A stretch of 63,035 nucleotides of DNA, filler included, from Octopus bimaculoides (Eukaryota), in the NCBI RefSeq assembly GCF_001194135.2. It is 8 parts of 8 records of this genome, joined end to end, with 100 filler letters (N's around TTAATTAATTAA, not from the genome) between each part and the next. Parts side by side here need not be neighbours in the genome. Positions count along the whole stretch, not along the records: positions 9,738 to 26,719 come from NC_068990.1; 7 more parts are not named here. The stretch is one strand, 5' to 3'. The position numbers and the translations under genes were made by a program. This document shows, in pieces, positions 13,919-26,491 of this stretch. Below the pieces are notes generated by a model, which was given only the letters and a program-made list of their open reading frames with translations, had not been told where the DNA came from and did not search any database. Position 1 is the stretch's first letter, and each line of letters begins with the position of its first letter.

Positions 13919-14760
13919 CAGTGGTTCTCAACTATTTTTTACTTATGGAACTCTATGATTACTATTTTACTCTGGCGGAACCCAATAGCCATTCCATCTT
14001 TTAAAATTAGTTTATTGATACTGTTTTCAAAATTCCTATTTCATTTTTCACCCATTCATTTGCATAAGCTTGCAATAGCACTTGTAGTGGCACAAGCATT
14101 CAGCGCCATATTGAATGAGATCTCGCGGCAGCCATTGCCATCTCTGAGACTGGAGCGAGATCTCACCTGCATCCAGGCTTGTGATGGCAAACTATATAAA
14201 AGGAAGAAGCCACAAGGTTCGACCTTTCTCTTTGACCCACAACTGCTCGCAGAGCACACTTCACTGGCTGAGCCTCTAGGCTAGTCCAGTTGTCACATCT
14301 CCTGAGGCAATGGTCCGCGTAACGGAGAACGATGAATTCATGCCGCATGAGATGACTGCAAAAGAGCAACATACCACACCTCTGTATATATTGTAAATAA
14401 AACTAATGGAGAACCTGTTTTGCCTAATACTTCTTTACTCAACTGCTGGAGCCTTAGCAACATGAAGAATAAGAAATTAATGGGAGAAAGGCAATATTCA
14501 ACCAATATCCAGAACATTGCCTCCCATTATACACTCTTTGAGAGAACTTGTTTCAGTGGCTGGGAACATGTTGAACTATGTTAGGTGTCAGAGAAAGAGA
14601 ATGAGTAGTTTATTGCAATTACTACCGCTAAAGCGAACTTCTTTCATGAACCCCCTAAAATACTGCTGTGGCACCCCAATTTACTATTTTGTTTGTACCT
14701 ATCCCAAAAAATGTTATATCAGACTCCAAGGGTCATATGGACCCTGACTGAGAACCATTA
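13919..14760 (+). mobile_element. Non-autonomous hAT (Charlie-like) element with perfect 8-bp TSD
   Basis: TIRs CAGTGGTTCTCA.. / ..TGAGAACCATTA; TSD CTCTAAAG at 13911-13918 and 14761-14768; internal AFSA..LERDL..KKPQGS resembles a hAT transposase C-terminus. Confidence 0.85.
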
Positions 14761-15295
14761 CTCTAAAGCACTAGGTTCTAACAATTGGCCCAGACCTAAG
14801 CAAAATCATAAAATACACACACACACATATATACACACATACACATTAATACATGCATACTTACACACACACACACACACACGCACACGCACATACACAT
14901 TTATACGTGCATACTTACACACACACATATGTATATGTATGTGTGTGTCCATATATACGATGTATTATATATATACATATATGTGTGCATGTATATAATT
15001 CTCTCTACTATAGGCACAAGGCCTGAAATTTTGAGGGAGGGAGCTAGTTGATTACATCGATCCCAGTGCGTAACTGGTACTTATTTCATGAACCCTGAAA
15101 GGATGAAAGGCAAAGTCAACCTCAGCAGCATTTGCACTCAGAATGTGAAGACAGATACAATACCTCTAAACAATTCACCCAGTGTGCTAACAATTCAGCC
15201 AGCTCACCACCTTGTGTATGCATATAAAATGTTGCTATATTTCATTCCATAATGGCTACTGCTGTTGGCTACTATATTTCATTCCATAATGGCTA

Positions 15296-15577
15296 CTGAA
15301 GCCTTGTTTGGATGCTTGACACAAGATTCCCCAGAAATTATTCTGCAGTGAACTGGCAGAAGGCAAGTACAGGTCAGGTGGACAGAAAAAGTGCTACAAT
15401 AATACACTCAAGCCCTCACTGAATTATTTTGAGATCAACTCTGATACCTGGGAAGCACAAGCACAAGACTGCCCTGCCTGGTGAAGCTGCACCAACAGAG
15501 GTGCCACCTCTTACAAACAGAATTGCAGGGACACAAATAAAATGTGAACTGCATAAGTCCAGAGCCAACTCCTTGCT
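15296..15577 (+). mobile_element. RTE LINE C-terminal fragment (inverted duplicate of 17943-18225)
   Basis: FCSELAEGKYRSGGQKKCYNNTLKPSLNYFEINSDTWEAQAQDCPAW*; RTE C-terminal motif. Confidence 0.8.
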
Positions 15578-16417
15578 TTTGAGTGCAGGGTTACTGTTGA
15601 GTGCAGGGTTACTGTTGAGTGCAGGGTTATTGTTGAGTGTAGGGTTACATAATCGGATTGTTACCTAACACTCTGTCGAACCCCTAGTGCTAAACCAATT
15701 GGTAAGATTAGCCGTAATAGATATATGATACTGTATATTATATATTATCATCAACATTAACACCTGTTTTTCAATGCTTGCATGGATTGGATGAATGCTC
15801 TCCAACACACCGTTGTTTGCCACATCTTGTGCAATGCTGTGTTGTGAAGTTCCCTTTTGAGAGTTCAGCTTCCTGAGATTGGTATTTATCATTTCTGCCC
15901 CTGTTTTCCTCTTCCATTGGATCATTTGGCATGGATCTCCAGGCAACACCCACCTACTATTATCCATACCAAGATAGCAATTATATCTACCTCTATTGTA
16001 CCCAGGATTTCTTTCAGCTCATCTATACCTCATCAATCATGCACAGTAACATTATATGCATGTATGTAAGTGTGTGTGTGTGTGTACAAATAATGAAAAT
16101 ATTTACAGCATGCCACACTTAGAGTCATAAAGTCTGGACAAGAATAAAAGTGTGAAGACATCAGAGATTACAGTTCAACACATCAAAGAATGATGTATTT
16201 GACCTCTGGGGTGAGAGGAGTTGAGAAGCCAAATAACTAAGTTTATATATAATTGAGTTAAACTGACAGATTAACAGTTAGCATATTCTAATATCTTAAA
16301 AATGAGAAGCAGAAGAAAAAGAAGAGAAAGAAAAGCGAGAAACTATAAAGAGAAAGAATGACAAAAGCTCTGTCTTCTATAACAGTAGTTTAAAAAAAAA
16401 AAACTGTTATTTATTCA

Positions 16418-16590
16418 CCAAGCCTCTTCTTTGCTCCCTATGGAGTATAGGCCATAAATGACTTTTCTCCACCGTTTTTGATTTGGGGCTGACTTTTCTG
16501 CTTCTCTCTAGTTGGATCCCTACTTTTTAAGTTCTGACTCAATATCCTCTCAGATTTCGTCACACTGCCATCCTCTTCCAGGTCTTGTTG
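16418..16590 (-). mobile_element. RTE-like LINE 3' end fragment
   Basis: RPGRG..EDIESELKK..EAEKSAPNQKRWRKVIYGLYSIGSKE resembles RTE C-termini. Confidence 0.55.
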
Positions 16591-16624
16591 TTTTTGAAAT
16601 GTCATCAATACTTTATTCTTTTAT

Positions 16625-16853
16625 TATTTTACTTGTTTCAGTCATTGGACTGCAGCCGTGTTGGAGCACTGCCTTGAAAACTTGCTTTTAGTCGAACAAA
16701 TCGATCCCAGGACTTATTTTTTTTAAAGTTTAGTACTTATTCTATCGGTCACTTTTTGCCAAACAGCTAAGTTACAGGGACATAAACACACCAACATTGG
16801 TTTGTCAAGTGATGATGGGGACAAACATAGACACAAAGACACACACACATAGA

Positions 16854-16887
<34 letters not shown>

Positions 16888-17011
16888 TANNNNNNNNNNN
16901 NNNNNNNNNNNNNNNNNNNNNNNNNNNNNNNNNNNNNNNNNNNNNNNNNNNNNNNNNNNNNNNNNNNNNNNNNNNNNNNNNNNNNNNNNNNNNNNNNNNN
17001 NNNNNNNNNNN

Positions 17012-17048
<37 letters not shown>

Positions 17049-17203
17049 ATGAGTTTCTTTCAGGTTCAGTCTACCAAATCCACTCACAAGGCTTTTCTCT
17101 ACCCAAGGCTATAATAGAAGACTTTTGTCCAAGGTGCCATGCAGCAGGATTGAACCCAGAACCATGTGATTGAGAAGCAAGTTTCTTTCCACACAGCCAT
17201 GCC
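16625..17203 (-). mobile_element. Composite SINE S1 with internal microsatellite and gap
   Basis: tRNA-like head at ~17200, ccttggacaaaagtctt core, internal (TA)n/(CA)n, 3' half ending gaaacaagtaaaa. Confidence 0.8.
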
Positions 17204-17859
17204 TTCTGTAACTTTTTGTTTTTCTAGGTAGGGTTGTTGATCCTTTGCAAACCCATTTTTACTTCTGAAAAGAGGCAGTCCGTATTTGTCTGGTCTCTAT
17301 CTTTTGACCTGTCTGTCATTAGAGGCCTACCAGGAGTTTGTTGTCTGATGGTATAACTCTCAGGATCATTGATATACATGAACCACAACACTGAAATAAA
17401 GTCTGAACCTTGAGGTGAGTTCTTTGTAAGTGCTGGACGAAATATTAAAGGAAACCAATAAGGGAGAATTTTGTCTACAAGACCCAAATGTATAGAACTA
17501 GAAAAATTCGAAAGTGAACTCAATGGAATTGTGCTTTTTAAAACTTATTCAGGCTACAGCTCAACATAACTCAAAGGTGCACTGTTCTGACCATATAAAA
17601 TAAATAGTTGTAAAGGGATTAGTATTAACTGCATACCTTCTCTCAATGCTTGATGTCATGGTCAACATACCCAGTATTAGAGGCCTTGGTATGTATGTCT
17701 CATAAAGCCATGGAACTGCACTTAGAAGGCTCTTGATCATTTCTTATAGATGACCAGCAGTTGCCCATAGACACAGGTCTCTTCTCTCCATGCTACTGAC
17801 ATTATTCAAGGGAAAGGTTATTAGTTTGTCCATCGTTGTCAACAGTGACCAAGGACAAA

Positions 17860-18225
17860 GGTGGGTCATGGTGTGTCCAGTTGCAGCCAATCAGTCCAAT
17901 GTGTGCTCAGAAGGCTCTTCCACAGTGGTCTGTTGGGACTGAAGGCAAGGAGTTGGCTCTGGACTTATGCAGTTCACATTTTATTTGTGTCCCTGCAATT
18001 CTGTTTGTAAGAGGTGGCACCTCTGTTGGTGCAGCTTCACCAGGCAGGGCAGTCTTGTGCTTGTGCTTCCCAGGTATCAGAGTTGATCTCAAAACTGTTC
18101 AGTGAGAGTTTGAGTGTATTATTGTAGCACTTTTTCTGTCCACCTGACCTGTACTTGCTTTCTGCCAGTTCACTTCAGAACAATTTCTGGGGAATCATGT
18201 GTCAGGCATTCAAACAAGGTTTCAG
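17860..18225 (-). mobile_element. RTE LINE 3' ORF end including degenerate C2H2-like motif
   Basis: Same RTE C-terminus as 15296, continuing into HCGRAF*AHIGLI..TH. Confidence 0.8.
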
Positions 18226-19918
18226 TTTCAGTTTCAACACCATTGACACAGACACTGCTACAAAAACACAAAGAGCTAAAACAGAAACAGCAAGGAATCC
18301 AATCTGATGCTTTGATCATTCTAATAATCCACTGCCCTAGACTGGTACCTTATCTATTGACCCTTCCCACCATCTCAACAACTCTGCCAATTCATCATCA
18401 CCATTCATTCTCCAGTTTCCATTCCACTATAAACATGGGATGAAGTCCAGTGTCTGAGAAAACTGTTGCATATATATATGTGCAACTTATACATATATTA
18501 GTGGCGATTCCGGCACTCAGGCTGTTCAGGCTTAGCCCAAGTATAAATTTAGTAAAGTGAACATGTATTTGCAAGCTGATTTAATTTCTGCTAACACTGA
18601 CTTCAAATATGTAATTGCAGCCCATAACTCAAACTCTTTTTATTGAGCTGGGTCGCAGTTCATTTATTTTCATTCAGCATCTGGTGGTTGTCTTAGAGGT
18701 ACCCTGTGTCAAAAAATATTATTCGTAGCAGACATTCTCTCAACATCGTTCACATGTGCCTGACTCGGGCTCAGAAGTTACAGCCCAAGTTGTTATCAAT
18801 AGTAAAAATTAAAAGTAATTCAAATTAAATGTCTTCTTGAAAGAATAAATTTCTATAGAGATTAGGATTTAAATTCCATTCTATGAAAAGTTTCCGTTCT
18901 ACAATATTCTTAAAGGAAGGAAAAATTATCCAGCAACTCAAACTAATACAAACGAGCCTGGTAGGAATAAAAGACTAACTGGCATCACTTGTCAAGAGTA
19001 CAGCTGACAGTCAAATCGCTGATGTTTGTTGTGCACTCTGCCATCGTTATTTGATTGCTTTTATTCTATGCGTCTGTGTGTAAAGATCAGTTGTGTTTTG
19101 CAGGTTTTTTATTTTTACCCTTAACTTAGAGATGGAGAAAGACATAGTGCTAGATATAAAAAAAATTAAGTTGTTTGGGGCTAGAAATATTGTAGGAAAA
19201 CGTGAAATTCTTCAAGCAGGCATGTGTCTTATGCAAAATCTGTGATGAGCCTGAGTGACGCTGATGATCTGGAGTCACCTCTGATATATATATATATATA
19301 TACATACACACAATAGGCTTCCATACACTTTCTATATACCAAATTCACTCACAAGACATTGGTTAGAACGGGGCTACAATAGAAGACATTTGTCCAAGAT
19401 ACCACACTGGACTGCAACTTGTTTTTATCTTAGAAGACTGGAACAAGGCAAAATGTAGTGTCTTCCTCAAGGACTCAACACTACCCATTCCAAAAATCGA
19501 ACATATGACCTTATGATCATGATCCCAACATTATAGCTACTTAGCTATGCACCTTTTGTCATTAAGAAGTTTGCATTGCAGCCATGTGAATTAGGGTTCA
19601 ATCCCATAGTGCAGCACCTTGGGTAAGTGATTTCTACTATAGGTTGTTTGAGCTAAATTCGACATTTTTTTAAAAGGCTTCTTTTACCAGAAGCAGCTTG
19701 ACATATTGGTGAACAGTCAACAGCGTTGGAGAGCATAAAAATTAAAGTTGCAGTTGAGAAAAATTTAGCTGACATGCAGCATGGGGTGACTGGAAGCCAT
19801 CTGAATATTGGAAAAGCGTTACCCGTATCATGATGATTTGCACTAGGTGTCAAAACATTGATGTCATGACTGTTGCTCAATGCTGTGCACAATTTAAAGG
19901 TTGTTAGACATGACATGA

Positions 19919-20332
19919 ACATCATGAAAACCAAGTTCATCTAAACTATGATGGTCTTTGTGTGAGTCCCTAGTGAGGGTGACATCATACTGCCCCACAT
20001 CTTTGAACAAGGACTAAGGCTCGATTCAGACGGTTTTGTGAAGCTGCTGGTGACTGTGGTCAAACCCTGGTTGGAGAGGATTGCTGCTGGAAGGTCATAT
20101 GTGCAGCAGTAGGATTTGACTCCTTGCTATACCTTTGGAAAGAGTTAAATGTGATTATCAGAGAGTTTCTACGCTTCCAGGAGTCCCAGTTTCTAGCCTG
20201 CTAATTTCCACAATTCTAATCCCATAGATTATTATGCAAGGGATGCAGATGAGAAAGACACCAACTGCTCTGCCTGCAACATCAAGGTCTGGCTGGTGGC
20301 CAAGGTCAAGGATGTGTTCAAAGATCTTCCCA
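19919..20332 (+). mobile_element. maT/DD37D-like Tc1-mariner transposase fragment
   Basis: MKTKF..MVF..SEGDIILPHIFEQGLRL..VKLLVTVVKPWLERIAAGRSYVQQ*D.. and a degenerate WPPNSPDCNPMDYY motif. Confidence 0.75.
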
Positions 20333-22815
20333 TAATTTAGTTGATACTTTTTGATTTCTTTAAAAATAGTTTTATTTTCGGATGGGATATTGTGTTTTCT
20401 CTTCTTTTTATTAAAAAATTGTGAAATTTATCCCAAATACCCTGTATAGTCCCCAGCTGACCAATTCCTTGTGAGTGAATTTGATAGATGAAAACTGTGT
20501 GGAAGTCTATTGTGTGAGTGTGTGTGTGCGTGTGTTGCTTGTCCCTGACTGAGCAAAACAGTGGTGATGTTTGCATTCCATGTTGACACTATGACTTGTT
20601 GCTTTGTGCTTCAAAAGACCTGTGAAATAGAATATCCCTTACTTCACAAACAGGAGAGGTTTGACAAGAGAAAGAGTATCAAGTCATGAAACCTTGCTTC
20701 GAATCAGTTTCTCTCTGCATTGTCCAGCTGTCTTGTGGAGGCAATTATCCTGGAAACATATAAAATCATGGATTTCTAGCAACTTTGGTGTCTTCTATAC
20801 TGGCCTGTGAGAGAAAGTAATGGATGGAAACTGTAAGGAAGCACAAATTATGTGTGTGTATGTGTGCGTGTGTGTGTTTTTGTGAGTGTATGTAAGTGTA
20901 TGCATATATGTAAATGTTTACATTATACACTTTTATCCTGAGTTTCATTCTTATTCTTGCAACCACTTTTTGCCGAATTGCTAATATTTATATTCTGCAC
21001 TATTCTAGTTCAACCCATGCTAGCATGGAAAATGGATGTTAACCCTTTAGCTTTTAAACTGGTCGTATCCAGTCCAAATATTTTTCCTGTTTTATGTTAG
21101 CCAGGTATGGCCTTTTACACTTACCCTACAATGTCACTCCTAAAGTAAAGAGTCACATCACTGAAATCTCAAAGCAACAAGACAATGTATGAGTAATTCT
21201 TAATAATGTAAATCTATAAGCATTACATTTGATAGAGTAATATGAACACTAAGCAGTTAAACAGTGATGCTGACTTTGTATAAAAGCTAAAAAACATCAG
21301 TCATTTCTTATTAGAAATAAAATATCATCATCTATCTCTGTGTTTTCAAAAATAAATGTAATTAATAATCGTTTACATGAAATGCATGTTTGGTTAGTGA
21401 CAAGAAAGACATCATGCTGTAAAACAATGTCTCAATAATATATATTATTATATTCAACCCATGCTGGCATGGAAAAACAGACATAAGATAAAGAATATAT
21501 CAATTTATTTATCTATTTTATACAAAAGATACACTCACACTTTCTATAAAACTGTGATGTACAGAATTACAGAATCATAATATATTATACACAATATATT
21601 CCCAACAAGATTTCTTGCAATGACAATCCACTTTGACATTCACCCTTGATCAGGGCCAACATGAAATAACAGAATGTAGGATCTCCTTACAGAATAACAG
21701 GTGAAAAGCTAGGGATTCTCTCAACTTACTTCTGAAGTTAGACAAATGGTTTGTTCACATCCAATAATGGTTAATGTGATTGCATTCAGTGCTTTGCTCA
21801 GCACAATATCCAGAAATAAGCTTCTTAAGAAATAAATCTTTCATTACAGATAACTGCTCTTGTTTTCTGTTATTATTTTAAGAAGATAGTTTCCTAATTA
21901 CTTTTGCCTATTTTTTAATTCCCAACCACCACCATGTTTTCTTGCACTTGTCTTGTTGTTACTGGATTAAAAGATTACTCAAGAGCACTCACCAAGCATC
22001 GCTGAAATCATACAAATTCTGTTGCAGAATGTCAGTTATGTATTGGATACTTCATAATCTACTGTGTGATTGGGCTTCACTGAAGTTTCCCAATCAAGTT
22101 GACAGAGCCTGTCTACCTTGTCCAAAATATAACTTTAAGAGTGTTTGAACTCAGCACAGTAAGCTAACAAGTCACTTGGCAAAGTGTTTTCACACTTTGT
22201 CATTCTTGCCCTCTTTCTCCCTCCCCAATCTCTCTCTCCCTCTGCTTAGTAATAATTAGTTCTTACACAACTAGACTCAACATAACCTAAACATCATATT
22301 ATGAATATCCAAATGAGTTATGTGATACAGACTCCATATAGTCTTCTGTAACAACATAATGTTCTTCTGATTCTTTCTTTCTGATGTATTCTTCTTTTTG
22401 CACTGAGGAGAATGGTAATATGTAATTAAATTAATTTAATTATTATTAATTAATTTAATTTTGTCCATGCATACAAAACGATCGTATGCATGGATTAAAA
22501 TCTTATAAAACTTTTAACATCTTTTTTCCATCTTTAATTGTTTGTTGAGTTTATATAGGATACATGTTCTATAGATGCTCATAACACACCTTATACTTAT
22601 ATATATATATATATATATATATNNNNNNNNNNNNNNNNNNNNNNNNNNNNNNNNNNNNNNNNNNNNNNNNNNNNNNNNNNNNNNNNNNNNNNNNNNNNNN
22701 NNNNNNNNNNNNNNNNNNNNNNNNNNNNNNNNNNNNNNNNNNNNNNNNNNNNNNNNNNNNNNNNNATATACATATATAAATAAATCATGTGTAATGACAA
22801 ATGAAGTAAATTTCA

Positions 22816-23467
22816 ATCATCATCATCATCATTGTTTTACGTCCGCTTTCCATGCTGGCATGGGTTGGATGGTTTGACTGAGGACTGGTGAGCCAGATCA
22901 GGCTCAATCTGATCTGGCAAAGTTTCTACAGCTGGATGCCCTTCCTAACACAGTGGGTGCTTTTATGCGCCACTGGCATGAGGGCCAGTCAGGCGGTTCT
23001 GGCAACGACCATGCTCAAAAGGTGTTTTTATGCGCTACCTGCATGGGAGCCAGTCCAGCAGCACTGACAACGACACGCTCGAATGTTATTTTTTATGTGC
23101 CGCCAGCACATGTGCCAGTAAAGCAACACAGGCAACGATCATGCTCGAATGGTGTTTTTCACGTGTCACCGGCATGGGAGCCAATCCATGGCCCTGGCAA
23201 TGATCATGCTTGGATGTGCTTTTAACATTCCACTGGCACAAGTGCCAATCAGGCTGTACTGTTATCAGCCACGTCAGCAATTTTGATTTGTTTACACTTG
23301 CCTCAATAGGTCTTCACAAGCAAAGTTCATTGTCCAATGAATGAGGGGTATTCATAACTGGGCAGGTTACACCCACTGGAATAGGCCATGAGCTATGGTC
23401 TCACTTGGCTTGTCAGGTCTTCTCAACCACAGCATATCTCCAAAGGCCCCGGTCACTAGTCAATATC
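22816..23467 (-). mobile_element. RTE LINE 3' end: ORF C-terminus + 3' UTR with internal subrepeats + (GAT)n tail
   Basis: LTSDRGLWRYAVVEKT*QAK* followed by the UTR shared with 9840, 24163, 24330, 26095 and 26492. Confidence 0.75.
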
Positions 23468-23485
23468 AAATGAAATAGAGAACTA

Positions 23486-23690
23486 TTATTATTGACTGAT
23501 ACAGTTATAGAGACTCATATACAGGACTTCAAGTTTCTGTGTCAATGATATGATGATTGCCGGATTTCAGCTGTTGCATATCTGGTGCTCTTAGAACCAG
23601 AATTGTGGCAGCTGAAGAAATGCAGTGATCACCATATCATTGATACAGAAACTTGAAGTCTTCTATGCGAGTCTCAATAACTATATCATA
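23486..23690. repeat. ~200-bp imperfect palindrome made of two inverted HHR-like modules
   Basis: + strand CTGAAGA..stem II..GAAA-CTTGAAG-T-C (23612-23660); the mirror module lies on the - strand (23521-23574). Confidence 0.6.
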
Positions 23691-23720
23691 TTATATGTGT
23701 GTGTGTATATATGTATATAT

Positions 23721-23899
23721 TCTTTAACTTGTTTTAGTCATTTGACTGCAGCCATGCTGGAGCACCGCCTTTAGTCAAAGAAATCGACTCCAGGACTTAT
23801 TCTTTGTAAGCATAGTACTTATTCTATCAGTCACTTTTTGCTAAACTGCCAAGTGACGGAGATGTAAACAAACCAGCATCGATTGTTAAGCAGACACAT

Positions 23900-23951
<52 letters not shown>

Positions 23952-24113
23952 CAATAGGCTTCTTTCAGTTTCTTTCTATCAAATCCACTCACAGAGCTTT
24001 GGTCAGCCCAAGGCTACAGTAGAAGACACTTGCCAAGGTACCATGCAGTGGGACCGAACCCAGAACCATGTGGTTGGGAAGCAAGCATCTTACAACACAG
24101 CCACTTCTGTGCC
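23721..24113 (-). mobile_element. Full-length composite SINE S1 (gap-free copy)
   Basis: Head ggcacagaagtggctgtgttg..ggttcggtcccactgc, internal (TA)n(TG)n, 3' half ending cagtcaaatgactaaaacaag. Confidence 0.85.
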
Positions 24114-24162
24114 TATACATATGTATATATATTTATATATACATATGTATGTTTATATATAT

Positions 24163-24617
24163 ATCATCATCATCATCATCATCATCGTTTAACGTCCGCT
24201 TTCCATGCTAGCATGGGTTGGACGATTTGACTGAGGACTGGTGAAAACGGATGGCAACACCAGGCTCCAATCTAAATTTGGCAGAGTTTCTACAGCTGGA
24301 TGCCCTTCCTAATGCCAACCAATCATGCACTTCGAGTGAGATCATTGCCAGTGCCGCTGGACTGGCTCCTGTGCAGGTGGCACGTAAAATACACCATTTT
24401 GAGCATGGCCGTTGCCAGTACTGCCTGACTGGCCTTCGTGCCGGTGGCACGTAAAAGCACCCACTACACTCTCGGAGTGGTTGGCATTAGGAAGGGCATC
24501 CAGCTGTAGAAATTCTGCCAAATCAGATTGGAGCCTGGTGTAGCCATATGGTTCACCAGACCTCAGTCAAATCGTCCAACATGGAAAGCGGACGTTAAAC
24601 GATGATGATGATGATGG

Positions 24618-24652
<35 letters not shown>
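24163..24652. mobile_element. Two RTE 3' UTR copies in inverted orientation
   Basis: 24163-24321(-) and ~24330-24652(+); (ATC)n and (GAT)n tails point outward. Confidence 0.85.
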
Positions 24653-25963
24653 CACAAGACCTAAAATTTTTACAGAAATATTCAAAACATGATGATTTTG
24701 GAAATGTGAAACTTGTTGGTTTGTATACAATATTTTGATGAAAAACTTTATGTCACAATATTGTATACAAATCACCAAATTTGGAAGTATCACATTAAAT
24801 TATTGTATACAGAGCATCAAATTACAACATTAATAAAAAGAAGAAAAGAATTCAAAACAAAATAAAAGGAGAGAAACCTTTCAATGTATCTTTACAAATG
24901 TTTAGATTTTCCTTGTTCTTTCTACTGCGCTCATTTCCTAGCTGTCAATACCAAAAGATAATTACTTGAAGTGAGACCGAAATTACCTCATTTCTCATGC
25001 TTAAGAAATTTATTCAGGTAACAATTAATCTTGTTATCAAAACAAAACTCTTCCAATTCATTTGAAGAAGAAAATCTTCCCTTATTGGTGCCAAGGGAGG
25101 AAAAAATAGCTGAAATTGAATTCACTGATATTTGAAATACATCATTCTATCTTTCACAGTAATGTTTATCCATACAGTAGGACAGAAACATTGTAGCTTT
25201 TTGTAAATAGTGTACATTGCATTGTGTTCAAGAAATAAGTATATTGTAGAGCTCTTGTTATAAAAATGCTGTAATCCTTATTGAATTATTTACACTCAAA
25301 GTGTTTTCAAAACTAAAACAATTATTTCTATCATCTCGATTCAAGCTAAAATGTAAATTAAATCAGTATAAAATCGTCTCTTTTAAATAAGGTTTTCTTT
25401 TTCTCTCTTTTTTGTCTTTACAGTTACAATGAGTATTAACTATATTATGATTTGTTGCAGGTTTGTTTTTGATTTTTTTTTTTCTTGATCTACTGGAATA
25501 ATTTTAAAAAAAGGATTGAGTAGATAATGTCTAAATGCATGTATGTCTCTGTAATATGTATGCTTACCAAACATACAGATATGATTTTGAATGCATATTT
25601 AATTGTCATTGTCATCATTATCATCATCACCCTCATCAGCATCATCATCATACACTGGATGCCAATGAAGCCAGCCAAACAAATGATAGCTTTTCTATTG
25701 TGGAAATACAGCATTGAACAGTTGCTAGTCCTAATTGTGCTCCCCTGGCAGGGAAAACCTGCCCTTTACAAATAAGTAAAGAGAATCCATAGCTTTTCCC
25801 TGTTATTTCATGTTATTATAAATACAAAATGGAGAAAGGATGTGATACAGGACTATCACCTCAGTACATCTTTTAGAGGGTCTATCATGTACAATATATC
25901 ATGATTCAGTAAACCACTGCTTCATACACATTGTATGTGTCTATGCTTTTCTTTCTTCTCTTT

Positions 25964-26002
25964 TCTTTCTGATGAAGAGCTCAATGTTTGAAATATCAAA
26001 GA
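25964..26002 (+). ncRNA. Minimal type I hammerhead ribozyme motif (PLE type)
   Basis: TCTTT-CTGATGA-A-GAGC-TCAAT-GTTT-GAAA-TA-T-C-AAAGA: 5-bp stem I, intact core, palindromic ATAT stem III, AUC triplet. Confidence 0.7.
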
Positions 26003-26491
26003 CTCTTTTCGTTTTTACCTTTGAAGTATAAAACTAATAACACTTTCATGAGAACTTGTCCTTGTGTTTTTTTCTTGTTTTATTCATTCAGTATATCATC
26101 ATCATCGTTTAATGTCCTACTTCCATGCTGGCATGGGTTGGACGGTTTGACAAGAGCCGGCCAGGCAGAAGACTGCACCAGATCTCTGTGTCACTTTTGG
26201 CATGGTTTTTATGACTGGATACCCTTCTTAACACCAACCACCCAACAGAGTGGACTGGATGCTTTTTAAGTAGCACCAGCACTGGAAGTGTCACCAAGTA
26301 ACTTGCAAAACATTGAATCTTTGAGAAGGGAGGAGGCATTGGAGGAAGTGATATTGTGTCAAATGATGAAAGGTTAGAGTGTGACAGAGAGACAGAGAGA
26401 TAGAAACAGATGCCTTGCTGTCGAGGAGGTTCATGGTTACCCAGTCAGAGAGAGAGGATATATATATCTGTATGTATATATATATATATAT

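Noticed and set aside
15579-15648. AGGGTTA in 18-bp units as telomere-like sequence or a CRISPR-like array
   Set aside because: Simple tandem repeat with no spacers and no (TTAGGG)n run.
21950-22160. Minus-strand peptide pieces (LDKVDRLCQLDWE.., IQYITDILQQNLYDFSDAW)
   Set aside because: Need a frameshift, have no good acceptor, and I do not recognise the protein.
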